DNA of 62,335 nt, counting the filler, from Squatina squatina (taxonomy: Eukaryota): NCBI GenBank assembly GCA_031763465.1. It is 4 parts of 4 records of this genome, joined end to end, with 100 filler letters (N's around TTAATTAATTAA, not from the genome) between each part and the next. Parts side by side here need not be neighbours in the genome. Positions count along the whole stretch, not along the records: positions 1 to 16,458 come from JARFOE010000001.1; positions 16,559 to 31,409 come from JARFOE010000046.1; 2 more parts are not named here. One strand, 5' to 3'. Numbering within the stretch: position 1 is the stretch's first letter; the number at the start of each line of letters is the position of its first letter. Below, piece after piece: positions 12,347 to 23,858 of the stretch. A model generated the notes under the pieces. It had not been told where the DNA came from. It did not search any database and saw only the letters and a list, made by a program, of their open reading frames with translations. Position numbers and translations under genes: made by a program.

Positions 12347-12857
12347 TGAAATAGTACACTTTTTTAAGAAAAAAAAGGAAATATCTCTTGATCATACAAC
12401 AGGTGCATTCTTTAAACAACACTTAAAAATGAGGAAGGAAACATCAAAGACACTTAAGAGCAAATTGACGTGATTGCATCAGGCGTTCTTCACTGACCTT
12501 GTTATAAATGACCTCATTGTGAATCCTCAGCATATCGGTTAGCAGCAGATGTACCTTGGCTATCAAGCTCCACTGAAGAATAGGTGTTTGCTCTTGAATA
12601 TCTGCAGCAGGTTTTTAAGTTTGTTTTTTTACCGACTTCATCTAGGTTTTGCTGTTTAGCCAACAAAGTCACCTTGGAACAGAAAGGTTGAACAGGTTGG
12701 GACTCTACTCATTGGAATTTAGAAGAATGAGAGGAGATCTTATTGAAGCATATAAGANNNNNNNNNNNNNNNNNNNNNNNNNNNNNNNNNNNNNNNNNNN
12801 NNNNNNNNNNNNNNNNNNNNNNNNNNNNNNNNNNNNNNNNNNNNNNNNNNNNNNNNN

Positions 12858-12957
12858 TTCAATCACCGAGAGGGCGGTGGAGGGAGATTCAATCACCGAG
12901 AGGGCGGTGGAGGGAGATTCAATCACCGAGAGGGTGGGGAAGGGAGATTCAATCACT
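12858..12957. repeat. 30-bp tandem repeat, about 3.3 copies
   Basis: Unit TTCAATCACCGAGAGGGCGGTGGAGGGAGA. Confidence 0.9.
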
Positions 12958-13331
12958 GCGTGAGCGGGTGGGGGATGGAGAAATGGTGCTCTTAATCCTT
13001 TGTTTTTGCTCATTCTATAAGAACACGCACCATGGTCCAGGTTTCAAGCTACCTCGTAAGCCAGCAGTGGAAGCACAAGAGCGTACTCTGACTGTCCTAA
13101 TTTTCCGACTGGTTCGAAGTGTAACTTTATGGTTAACAATAGACGGTTGAATCTCTGCCCCTCAATTGCACCATTTGTTGATGCTTAAATGTGTGCTGTT
13201 GTCTTGACCAACATACTTGTGTTCATGTCTAAAGCCAGAAAAAAGGTTTTTGTGGCCCGGTGTGTGCAGTGAATTTGTCTTCCATACAAATTGATCAAAA
13301 TGTAAAATCATGTCTCTCTTTCTACTTGCAG

Positions 13332-13377
13332 GTATAACGAGATAGCCCGGGAATGGACTCAGAAATATGCAATGTGA
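13332..13377 (+). CDS. UBE2D3: UBE2D3 last coding exon
   Basis: CAG acceptor, then YNEIAREWTQKYAM*. Paralogue assigned from synteny and the start of the 3'UTR. Confidence 0.92.
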
Positions 13378-14157
13378 TACCTTGGAGTTCGAATATCTTA
13401 CATTATAGCTGGAATAAACTTTAAATTACTGATTTTGGTTTCCTATTTGGCTGTCCCCTTGTAAAGACTCCATCTTTCGTCCCCCAATCCACATGCTCTT
13501 GTGAGAAGGCAATTTAGTACTTCCTGCTTGGACAAGATCAGCTCTCTGAATTTCTAATATAGTTTCATCAATCTTCTGAAATTCTGAACTCCATAAATGG
13601 AGCATGTGTTAAGTGGCCAATACCTTTGCAATAACTTGGTTATGAGACTAAAAGCATTCCTCATTGCTGTAGCAGTGCTGATTTTTACCTGAAATTGGAC
13701 GAGTCAGCAATTAAAACTCTATCCTTAACAGATTGCTGCATTGTTGGGGCAGCATCTTTAATTTTCCCCAGACAAAATGACAGTTGAGTTCATTTACTTT
13801 ATGCTCATAACTTTGTTATGGATGGTGGATTGGTACAGAACATCAATTTAAAATATATGCTGTATTTTATGCATGTTAATAAAAGGAATGACTTAAGGTT
13901 TTTGGTTTGCGCAGAATGGCAATGGAAGTTACTGTCTCTTAATCTTCCTCCCCAAATGGACTAGCTCAGATCATTTTGTAAATTTAATTTGCAGTACTGC
14001 TTTTTTTAAAAAAAACATTACAGCTATTAGTTAATCTGTTTCCCGCAACACTTTTACATGGCACTGAATTATGATTCAAATCTGTCGGTTGACTGATCAA
14101 CTAATAGCTCATATTCATTGGGTTTTTCTTTTAATAAAGTTGCATAAACCAATTTTT
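13378..14157 (+). other. UBE2D3: UBE2D3 3'UTR with AATAAA at 13413, 13878 and 14133
   Basis: Follows the stop codon directly, is repeat-free, and probably continues at 14738. Confidence 0.75.
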
Positions 14158-14329
14158 NNNNNNNNNNNNNNNNNNNNNNNNNNNNNNNNNNNNNNNNNNN
14201 NNNNNNNNNNNNNNNNNNNNNNNNNNNNNNNNNNNNNNNNNNNNNNNNNNNNNNNNNGAGCTGGAACCCTGACTGCGCACGCACAGACTGATTGTCCTGA
14301 TTTGGGAATCTTCAGATCTAGTCACCCTA

Positions 14330-14496
14330 TTTTTACGACAATACTGATACTAGCTTTTTAATGCCAAGATTTATTTAATTAACTGAATTTAAATTCCCCA
14401 GCTGACATGGTGGGATTTTCAACGCATGCCTCCGGATCATTAGTCCATGCCTCTGAATTACTAGTCCAGTAACATAACCACTATGCTACTGTACCC
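14330..14496 (-). mobile_element. tRNA-headed SINE, 5' part
   Basis: Minus strand starts GGGTACAGTAGCATAGTGGTTATGTTACTGGACTAGTAAT (A-box-like). A related copy lies near 20545-20700. Confidence 0.6.
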
Positions 14497-15447
14497 TCCT
14501 GTACTGCAACTTCAGAACAGTCTCCTTACTATATTTTATGGAAATGAATCAATGAGAGATATAGCTGCTCATCTTCAGAAAGTCTGTCGGAGAGGCTCAG
14601 ACGAGGGTCCTGTCTGCATCTTCCAGTGGTTCAAGTGGACACCAAAGCTTCAGCGGAACCATTTTGAAAAAGGAGCAGGGCATTGCCCCGGGGACCTGGC
14701 CATGGTTCCTCCCTCAACCAATAGTACTGTAAACACCTTCATTGGGTTTTTCTTTTAATAAAGTTGCATAAACCAATTTTTGAGCAGCCTGAATGAATGC
14801 AATACAACTTGCTTTCTTTTAGTCATTTGAATATAGCTGTACCTTAAATGCTGTCTTCAGCGTGCAGTGTTTGAGATTATTTGTTAAAAAATAATGGGGT
14901 GGAGTCTCAAACTGTTTGTAATGGTGCAAATTGAAATATTTTGTCAGACAATTCTAACCAGTGCTTTTAAATGCCTTAATTCTGTATCTTAGTTCTTGGA
15001 ATACACTGTTCTAGATCAACTGTTCATGGTAACATTGATTTTTATTTTTAAGTTGAAACTAAACAAAATGTAGTTCCAGAAATGAATTGGCAGATGTAAG
15101 CTTACAAAATTGTGTTGGAAGTGGGTGTGCAGTCTGTGCTGTTTAAATAATGTGTAGCACACAAACTGCTGTTGTTGCTATAAACCATTTTATATACTTG
15201 CTCAAAGCTATATGGGATTGTCACTAGTTTCAACAATGCAAGTATCCATCCTTGAGAGACTGGCTCTTATCTGTTAAATAATGATTGGGCTAATGGAACT
15301 GTAATTTGAAATGTATTTCTTTCCCCATCTTAAAACCAGTCACCCACNNNNNNNNNNNNNNNNNNNNNNNNNNNNNNNNNNNNNNNNNNNNNNNNNNNNN
15401 NNNNNNNNNNNNNNNNNNNNNNNNNNNNNNNNNNNNNNNNNNNNNNN

Positions 15448-15670
15448 GAGGGGCAGTACTGAGGGAGCGCCGCACTGTCGGAGGGGCAGTACTGTGGGAG
15501 CGTCGCACTGTCGGAGGGGCAGTACTGTGGGAGCTTGCTGTGTGCAAATTAGGTGCCGCGTTTCCAACAGTACAACAGTGACTATACTTCAAAACTTCAT
15601 TGGCTGTGAAGTGTTTTGAGATGTCCTGAGGCCATGAAAGGCGCGATAGAAATGCAAGTCTTTCCTTTTC
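15448..15670 (+). repeat. 33-bp tandem repeat running into a Deu-SINE 3' tail
   Basis: GAGGGGCAGTACTG(A/T)GGGAGCG(C/T)CGCACTGTCG at 15448, 15481 and 15514 (partial), then GGGAGCTTGCTGTGTGCAAATT...GAAAGGCGCGATAGAAATGCAAG. Confidence 0.85.
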
Positions 15671-16458
15671 GATTGCTGTTGTGCATTAATCTTCACACCC
15701 AACTCGTGTATAAATGTGGGAACCAATACACCACTTACTGGGTCTTTATTTTCCAGAATGCTTCTGTTGATCTTTGGTGGCCCAGTGGTCATGGCAATCA
15801 GACCGGTTACAATATGACTGTTACTTTCACAATCAGCGGAGAATACCACATTGAGAAATCTATAATGGTCAGTAGTTTTTCACTGTGTCTCTATTTTAAG
15901 TTTATTTAAAAAAAGACATTATCAACTGGGTGAAATATGAAATGGAATGGTGTGAACTTTGTAATCAGTGTGTTTTTTCCTCCAACATGAAAACCGTTTT
16001 TAAATGTAATATTTTTGATCACAGATAATTATACTTTAAGAGAAAATCTGTTTAACTTTTTAATTTCCTTGCCTTCAAGAAGAAAAGGATCCGTTCCCAT
16101 TTCTAGTGTCCTGACTTCAATGTTGTCTTACCTCAGCTGAAATAGTTAGAGAGTCTCGGATGTAAACCTGGCATCAACAATTTTGTCTCATATCAAGAGA
16201 TGTGCTTTAGTGGCTATGTTTAGGTCTTGCATACAGTTCTTGCTATATTGCTTATGGAAATTAGAGCATTTTAGCATCAAGGAAGTCTGCTTCTAGCAGC
16301 CTGCTTTGTGAATCATATTCCAGTGACTCATGGCTAAAATTTGAATGTAACTCTGCAGGTTCAGGATCCACTACGGTATATTAAAGGTATATAAACCATG
16401 AATCTGGAAACCACAATACAACAAGAACTTATATTTATATAGCGCCTTTAACATAATA

Positions 16459-16558
16459 NNNNNNNNNNNNNNNNNNNNNNNNNNNNNNNNNNNNNNNNNN
16501 NNTTAATTAATTAANNNNNNNNNNNNNNNNNNNNNNNNNNNNNNNNNNNNNNNNNNNN
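16459..16558. other. Synthetic scaffold linker N44-TTAATTAATTAA-N44
   Basis: Exactly 100 nt; the 12-mer has stops in all six frames; three identical copies in the window. Confidence 0.97.
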
Positions 16559-17219
16559 AGTAACACTCAGAGAAAATTATCGTCTGCCCAGTACAATGAA
16601 GTTTTAGAGGGAACTTTGCTCATAGTGACATGGATTTGTGAAATATTAAAACAAAGGGGGAGAGGGAGGGGTGGGGGGACATTTGAGGTCCGAATCCCAG
16701 CTTTCCCAAGGACACCCGAGCCATTAAAATGTTGCCTTCGCCCACCTGGTAGTGCTGCAGCGGTTAATTAGCCACTGGGTGCAGGCCAGCTGCACATCTG
16801 TATTTATCAAGTGACTCAGGAAATGTAATGCAGATGTTACTGTGGGCTGAGCAGAGAAGGAATGAAATCATCTCCCAAACAAAGAAGCAGGGAAGCATGT
16901 ACATTGAACCCACGGTCAAAAAATGGGGCAATTTGCCAAGAACGTTAACTTATTAAATACTAAATGTGTTTGATCTTTGTCACTGCGTTAGAATTTAATA
17001 GAAGCTTAAAATGTCGACATTGCACACTAAAACCAAGGAAATAGAAAGCAAACAGAAAATATTTATTACGGCAATTCCCACTGGTGATGTCTTTTCCCCT
17101 TGTTCTTTTGCAACAGTCTCAACAGTTTTATTCTCCCCACCCCCTCGCCAATCTTTCTCAACCACGATTCTCCTCTCCCTGCTGGAGTACAGTGCCCTTC
17201 AATCCTTTGCTCCAAATGG

Positions 17220-17490
17220 ACATTTGTGAGCCTGGGCAGTGAATGCAGGTGGGCCATTTGACTGGGTCATCATAGCTGAGCTGAATTCTGGCCACACATA
17301 TCCACTTGCAATGGGTATCACTGGATAGCAATCAGCAACAGAAACTGATGCCAATGATAGTTTGGCCCGTCCTCCATAGCCCCAGAAGAAATCAAGCCAA
17401 CTGTAGAACCCTTAGTGCTGCCCGCACTTAGATTATCTAACTCAGCACTAACCTGGGATCAAGTCCGGGTCCTCTCCGGTCTATATGAAA
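17220..17490 (-). mobile_element. Decayed SINE-like interspersed repeat (family not named)
   Basis: Shares TGCTGAGTTAG, CTATCCAGTGA and GGCTCACA motifs with 4960-5170, 17925-18230, 28740-29185 and 44330-44625. Confidence 0.5.
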
Positions 17491-19569
17491 ATATTTTCTT
17501 CTTATCATTATTTTGAACTGAAGCGGTCAGTTTAAATTGACTCAAAAGTGTGATAGCACTATGCCATTGTTAAGTTTCTGTGCTGTTCATTTGGTATTGT
17601 GTTTAATTGTTCTCTTAATAGTCTTGATTGAAGAGCTTTGTAAGATTGAATGTGTAACCATGAGTAGCAAGAATGAACCGTTTTAGTGAATGCAGTTTAG
17701 AATGCATATAAAAGTGAATTGTGTCCAGTAACATTATCCTGTGTCAATACTTCAAACAACAGTCTTCAACAGTGATGTGGAAAGCTTGTGAACCAAAACA
17801 GTTTTCATTGTGACAATTCGTGCANNNNNNNNNNNNNNNNNNNNNNNNNNNNNNNNNNNNNNNNNNNNNNNNNNNNNNNNNNNNNNNNNNNNNNNNNNNN
17901 NNNNNNNNNNNNNNNNNNNNNNNNCTGGAATTTTGCATGTGTGGATGTGATGCGAGGCCAGGATTTACAGTGTCCAGGCTCACACATGAGGGCTGGTTCC
18001 ATGTTCCCATCTTACAAGCGGAGAAGCTGTGCTCGACAGAGGCAGGGATCTGAGGCAGGGCTACAACCCTTTTCCAACCCATGCTCTTATTTGCCATAGT
18101 TTCCAACTGGAGCCATGGCTCATCGAATTAACCCTGTGAAGAATAACCACAGCTTGAGCGAGTTAGGGGAGTATGACTGATGCCATAAAACCACACCCCG
18201 GCAAAGAGTCAACACCCTAAGTAGAGGAAAAAATTGGTATGCGGAACAGAAATGCTCATATAATGCTTTTTATTGCTTTAACTGTTGGACACAAAGCATC
18301 TCTCATTCTACTTGTGGAATTTTTGATAAAGCTTGATGCTTATATCCCATTTCATTCAGTGGGGGTGTAGTAAATGGAATAATGATTTCCACATCTGCTG
18401 CCAATTAATAAAGTCATTGAGTTAAACTTTGCCCTCAAGCTTGTCTTGGCAATGGTTCAGCAAAATTATTTTTTTCACTTGTAATGCATAAAACACTCCC
18501 TGCCCACCCACATTGTCCACCAACTGAAAGGACTCTCAATGTCCTATGAATCCTACCACAACCTTTTTAGATATTTGCCATACTGCAGCCCTTGAAGAGA
18601 AATGCTTCAGCATAGTATCGGAAACTAAGATTTATATAAAGATGCAGTGTTTGATGATAATCTCCGTGCATTGAAAAGATTGAAGTCTGCAGTGCNNNNN
18701 NNNNNNNNNNNNNNNNNNNNNNNNNNNNNNNNNNNNNNNNNNNNNNNNNNNNNNNNNNNNNNNNNNNNNNNNNNNNNNNNNNNNNNNNNNNNNNNTGGTT
18801 GGAGGGGCGGGGGGAGAAGGAAATTGGAAAGAATGAAAACATGTCCGATTTTCTCAGAGGGTTGATAACGGAATACGCCACAGTGGAAAATCCTTAAAAC
18901 GCTTCCTGTGTTCAGTTCAGCATGTCTTGCATTCGCTAAGAGCCTGAGAAACAAAATGACAGCAGCGAGCATCTGTTGACCTCCCCCAGATGGGAGAAGG
19001 GCCCCTTAGGTACTAATAACTGTGTTGTAGCAACATGGTTATCAAGAACTATGTACATGAGTCACTGTTTGGCATTGCAGCGAGTAACTATTAAATGCAG
19101 ATGCACCAGTACTTTTATGTAATTAGAAGCCCAACACTCCATGAGGTCCAGAATGTTTGTGTTTTTCTCCACAACTGCTTGTAGGCCAGAAGTTCTTTTT
19201 GGTTTAGGGGGAAAGAAAACAACGTTTTAATTAAATTCTTTTGCTGAAATTGAACTCCACTAAATTTTAAAGTTGTTTATAATGAGCTCAGATGAAATAG
19301 GAAATTTAAACCCTTTATTGTTTTTGGACTCTAAGTAGCTATTCCGTTTTAATGCCTCTTTTATTACAGGTTCTGTAAGTACTGTAGAAACATGTTACAG
19401 TGCTGTAAATTTATAAAACATGCTGGAATAGTGGTTTGAGCCGTTTCTGCACAAATATATGGAGCTACTTCATTATAAGTTTACAAGTACCCAAATCCAT
19501 TCTTATTTTATTACTGTTTCCACCCTATGCCACTACCAGTGCAGAATCAGTGCCAAAGTCCTGGCTGAC

Positions 19570-19720
19570 AGCCATGGCTCAGTTGGTAACACTCTTGCAT
19601 CTAAGTCAGAAGGTTGTGGGATCAAGTCCCACTCCAGAGACTTGAGCACAAACATCAAGGCTGACATTCCCATTCAGTAGTGAGGGAGTGCTGCACGGTC
19701 AGAGGTGCTGTCTTCCGGAG
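19570..19720 (+). mobile_element. Deu-SINE 5' head (tRNA-derived)
   Basis: A-box TGGCTCAGTTGG, B-box-like GGGATCAAGTCCC, then GAGGGAGTGCTGCAC. Confidence 0.7.
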
Positions 19721-19734
19721 GAGATGACCAAAGG

Positions 19735-20300
19735 CATGCTCCAAAAAGAACCTTTAAAGGAGGCTTGAGAAGAGAGGCAGCAGGGTGGATGGGTTTGGGG
19801 AAAGTTTCCTGGACTATAGGGCTAAGATAGCAGAAGGTTCTGCCAGTAATGATCATGGAGGAAGGGGTAGATGCAAACTGGACCAGAGTCAGAGAAATGG
19901 AAGGTGTGTGTTGACAAATAGAGTTGGAGGAGGTTATAGAGGTTGGATGAGGTGAGGTTGTGGAGGGGTTTGAAAATGAGGGTGATTTTGAATTCAAAGC
20001 ATTAGGGGACAGGATCAGTCGAGGTCACTGAGGTCAATAATAAAAGTGGAGTGGATAGGATGCAAATGGAAATGTTTGGGTAAGTTGAACTATATGCAGG
20101 GCGGAATTGGAAGGTCAGTAAGGAAAGTGTTAAAGAAGTTGTGACTGGAGATAACAAAGGCATGGTTGAGGATTTCAGTGGCAGTGGGTGAAGTATGGGC
20201 AGAGGCGAGTGGAGGTGGGGTTAATTGGTCATTTTGATGTGTTAATGGATAGGATATGGGGTTTGAAGATCTGCTGTGCGTTAAACAGAACATCGAGGTC
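19735..20300 (-). mobile_element. L2-type LINE 3' fragment
   Basis: ATEILNHAFVISS resembles the ETLIHAFVTSRLDY motif. Similar copy at 25000-25690. Confidence 0.65.
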
Positions 20301-21809
20301 GCGCAGTAATGGAATCACTTATCCCGAGTCCTCAGTATAACTGAGTCCTTAGTGTAACAAGGGCAAGGGGCTAAAATTGAAGCTCTCTTTGCTTAAAGTA
20401 CAGTTCATAGTCAGAATGCAGGGCTTAAGAGCTCATGAATGTACAACATGGTGTCAAAAGCTCAATGGATTGTGGTGGGGGCCAGGGGATTAACAAGCTC
20501 ATGAATGTAAATATAAATATCATGAGGAACAAAGTATTGAAGGCAGCTTCCTTTCCCTGAAGGACATTGGTGAACCAATCTGGCAGCTTACATGCTTATT
20601 TTTTCTTGCAAGTTATGGGAATAATTGAATTGAACTACAGAGCTTGCCATGGTGAGATCTGAAGTTATAATTTCAGAGTTACTAGTCCATACAGTGCCCC
20701 TAAACTCTGGTAGCTTGAGGGGCGACAGCACCGAGAAGGGGAGAAAATTGTGTGCANNNNNNNNNNGGGATATTTAAATGGGAGTGTCACAAGGAGGGAA
20801 ACAAAAATTCAGAAAGCTTCTAGAGAGCCTTATAAAGCAGCACAACCCATCAGAAGCCTTTGCCAAGGCTGAAAGGGCAAAGGGTTAACAGGCAGTATAC
20901 TAAGGTGAAGGAAAAGGGACACCTAAGTGCAGGCATAAGTCAGCAAGCAAACGGTGCAGTCCAGCACCTGGCTCCCACTTTGATTGCTGCTGGAACCAAG
21001 GTTATACTGCGTGATGTGCTTGTGAGGAGGGTTGTTCCCTGTGCCGCCCTGCAGTGGTATCACATTGGTAATATGTGAATATTCAGTGCCTGTACCATAT
21101 TGGCACAATATTGCCTGCCTGTCTCTAGGAACAAGAAATTGCCCCACTAGGGCCTTCATGTGTATTTTGTAATATACCATGGTGGCTCTCTAGCGAGGTC
21201 AAGTAACCATTTGTTAGTAACGATTTAACTTTGGAAAGGTGCTAGCAGTAGCCTTTTTTCTGGCTGTTTATGCCGACTGCAAAAAAATAATACCCACAGC
21301 ATTTTAATAAAAGAGGCAATGTCATCCTGTTTAGGGGGAGTAGAGGCAGAACAATGGTTGGAAAAGCTTAGCATACACACTGTTTAATATTGTGATGGTC
21401 TCATGTGGTTTCTCCATCTATCATTTTCCACATGTGCATTGTGGTTTCATGGTGATGTTATGGCATTAGAATGTTACAATTCTAAAACATTCTGGATCTG
21501 TAAATCTATCCTTCAAGATCCTTGTAGGTAAACATGAAGAATTTTATATTTAGGGTCTGAATATTAATTTTCTTCTACTGGCTGAAGCAAAAGGAATGTA
21601 TTTCACAGTGCCACTAAAATGTCACTTAGAAACTCACTGCCTTACAATTGCCGAGAATTGAGCGTGGTTTATGTCTGCCGCCCAATTGTTTTGGGATGAC
21701 CTCTAATAAAATAGCATGGGGAATATAACTCTCTTAAGAATGCGAGAATTTAATTGACAAGCTATAGGACAGAATGAATGGTAAAGCCCAAATATAATTT
21801 AATGGAGTT

Positions 21810-21889
21810 TCAAATCCGAGTGACTTCTTCCTGGATCCGATCTTCCAGATCAAGGACACCTTCAGCAAGGAGCTGGGCCATAATAAATC
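21810..21889 (-). CDS. Candidate terminal coding exon of an unidentified gene
   Basis: Acceptor CTTTCTCTCTGTTTAG, then (G)FIMAQLLAEGVLDLEDRIQEEVTRI*. No homologue recognised. Confidence 0.35.
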
Positions 21890-22075
21890 CTAAACAGAGA
21901 GAAAGAGGGAAGCATATATCTGATTGCAGTGGGAAAGCCAGACAGGACAGCTTGAACTGAATCCTGATCCCTCACACACATTACCTGCTACAAGATTGTG
22001 AGGATCCGGTCTCATCTTGTAGATTATGTGGGTATAAAGATTTCAAATCATCTAGCATATACTGTGCATAATTTA

Positions 22076-22253
22076 GATTCTATAAATCAGTGGGGTAGAG
22101 GAACAAAGGGATCTCGGACTACAAATACACAAATCGCTAAAAGTTGTGACACAGGTTAGCAAGGCCATAAAAAAAACAAACCAAGCACTAGGGTTTATTT
22201 CCAGAGGGATAGAATTGAAAAGTAGGGAAGTTATGCTAAACCTGTATCGAACC
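22076..22253 (+). mobile_element. CR1 LINE ORF2 C-terminal fragment
   Basis: EEQRDLGLQIHKSLKV...LGFISRGIELKSREVMLNLYRT. Confidence 0.88.
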
Positions 22254-22826
22254 NNNNNNNNNNNNNNNNNNNNNNNNNNNNNNNNNNNNNNNNNNNNNNN
22301 NNNNNNNNNNNNNNNNNNNNNNNNNNNNNNNNNNNNNNNNNNNNNNNNNNNNNTGAAAGGACAGCTCACCGTGCACTGAATGCCGATCAGCCTGGGGACA
22401 CTTTGATCGATGGTTTGAATGGAGCTGCTGGCAGCCAAGCTCGCCCCTCACCCTCCCAGCTCCCACTCAGAATTCATTCCAAAGGCCCCTCCTCAAAAGG
22501 AAGGAAGGTCCAACAATTCCACCCCCCCTCTCCCTGAACCGACAGCGACACTTTCTTTGCATTTACGCTATTACTTCCGTGTCAAGAGGCTTTGGGTGAA
22601 ATCTCCTGCCACCAGACCCTGGTTAGGGTCCACTGGCTTGCTTTTTTTCGGTTGTGATTTTGTGTTTGTATGTGTGTGTCTGAGAGAAAGTGTGAGTGTG
22701 GCAGGGAGTTGAGCTGAGTGAGAACCAGAGGCATCATCCCACATCCCCCCACCCTTCTCTCTTTCTCAGAGACGACCCAGGAATAATAATAATAATAATT
22801 ACAACAACAACAAAAAAAACCCCAGC

Positions 22827-23171
22827 ATGGCTGAGAGTAAGAGGAGCTGGAACAAGGAGGACGATCTGCCGGTGTACCTGGCCAGACCGGGCACCACTGC
22901 TCAAACCCCCCGGCAGAAGTACGGGGGCATGTTCTGCTCGGTGGAGGGAGCCTACGAGAGCAAGACCTTGGAAATCGACGCGCTCAGCGTTGGCCGCAGG
23001 AGTTCCCGGGGCTCGAGGAGCGCCGGCCAGCCCGGCCCGTCCCGGGACCCCGAGGCTGCGAGCGACGCAGCCAGCGAGAGCTCGGAGGCGGCGGAGAAAG
23101 CCGGCAACCCCGGGGTACAGATCACCATCTCCAGCGGCAAGGAAAGGCTCCAGAACCGGGATGACCCGCAG
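22827..23171 (+). CDS. Collapsin response mediator protein (CRMP1/DPYSL3-type), long-isoform first exon
   Basis: MAESKRSWNKEDDLPVYLARPGTTAQTPRQKYGGMFCSVEGAYESKT...; 115 codons, CAG|GTAATC donor, CpG-rich. Paralogue identity is ambiguous. Confidence 0.93.
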
Positions 23172-23740
23172 GTAATCGCCCTCTGTTCTGTCTGCCTTGA
23201 CCAGCTACATCTCACAGAGTCAAATATAACCGGGGAAGGGGACAATACTTGTTAAACTTTAATTTAAAAAAAAAACATTTTAATCTGTGGGGCGAAGAAA
23301 CTACTGATAATTGCGACTGTACAATATTTTTCAGATGAAATGCTTTGAGTCAAGTTCAAAGAATTGAGTCAGAAGGATTTTTTTTTAAAAAGGGGAAATT
23401 GTATTTGGTTCTTCACGTTTGATAGGGGAACCGATGGATAGTAACCAGTTTGGCGTGTGGCAGACAGGTGGCATGTCATTCAGTCTGGTCCAGTTTGCGA
23501 CCCAGGGCTCTGGGAACCCGATCAGGGGGGGCGTATCGCTGTCCAATGGTAACCGGCCGGCGATACAGACAGTCAGCTGAGGGCACCAAACTTCAGTGAC
23601 TAGACACGATAGCATGAATCATTCTGGGTGAGAGGCCAAAGCTTTAGATGCATATCCTGTGAGAAAGGCGGAATAAAAGGAATTCAAAAATGAAATCAGA
23701 GCTTAACAATCCCATCAAAAATGAATGGAAAACTTGGTCC

Positions 23741-23858
23741 TGCAATAGCTAATACTGCATTGGTTAGTTCTGCAATAGTTAATGCTGCAATAGTTAATAC
23801 TGCATTGGTTAGTTCTGCAATAGTTAATGCTGCATTGGTTAGTTATGCTGCAATAGTT
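23741..23858. repeat. 15/30-bp AT-rich tandem repeat
   Basis: TGCAATAGTTAAT(A/G)C and TGCATTGGTTAGTTC subunits repeated up to a gap. Confidence 0.85.

Noticed and set aside
19570-19640. tRNA gene
   Set aside because: The A/B-box-like head runs directly into a SINE body and there is no complete cloverleaf.
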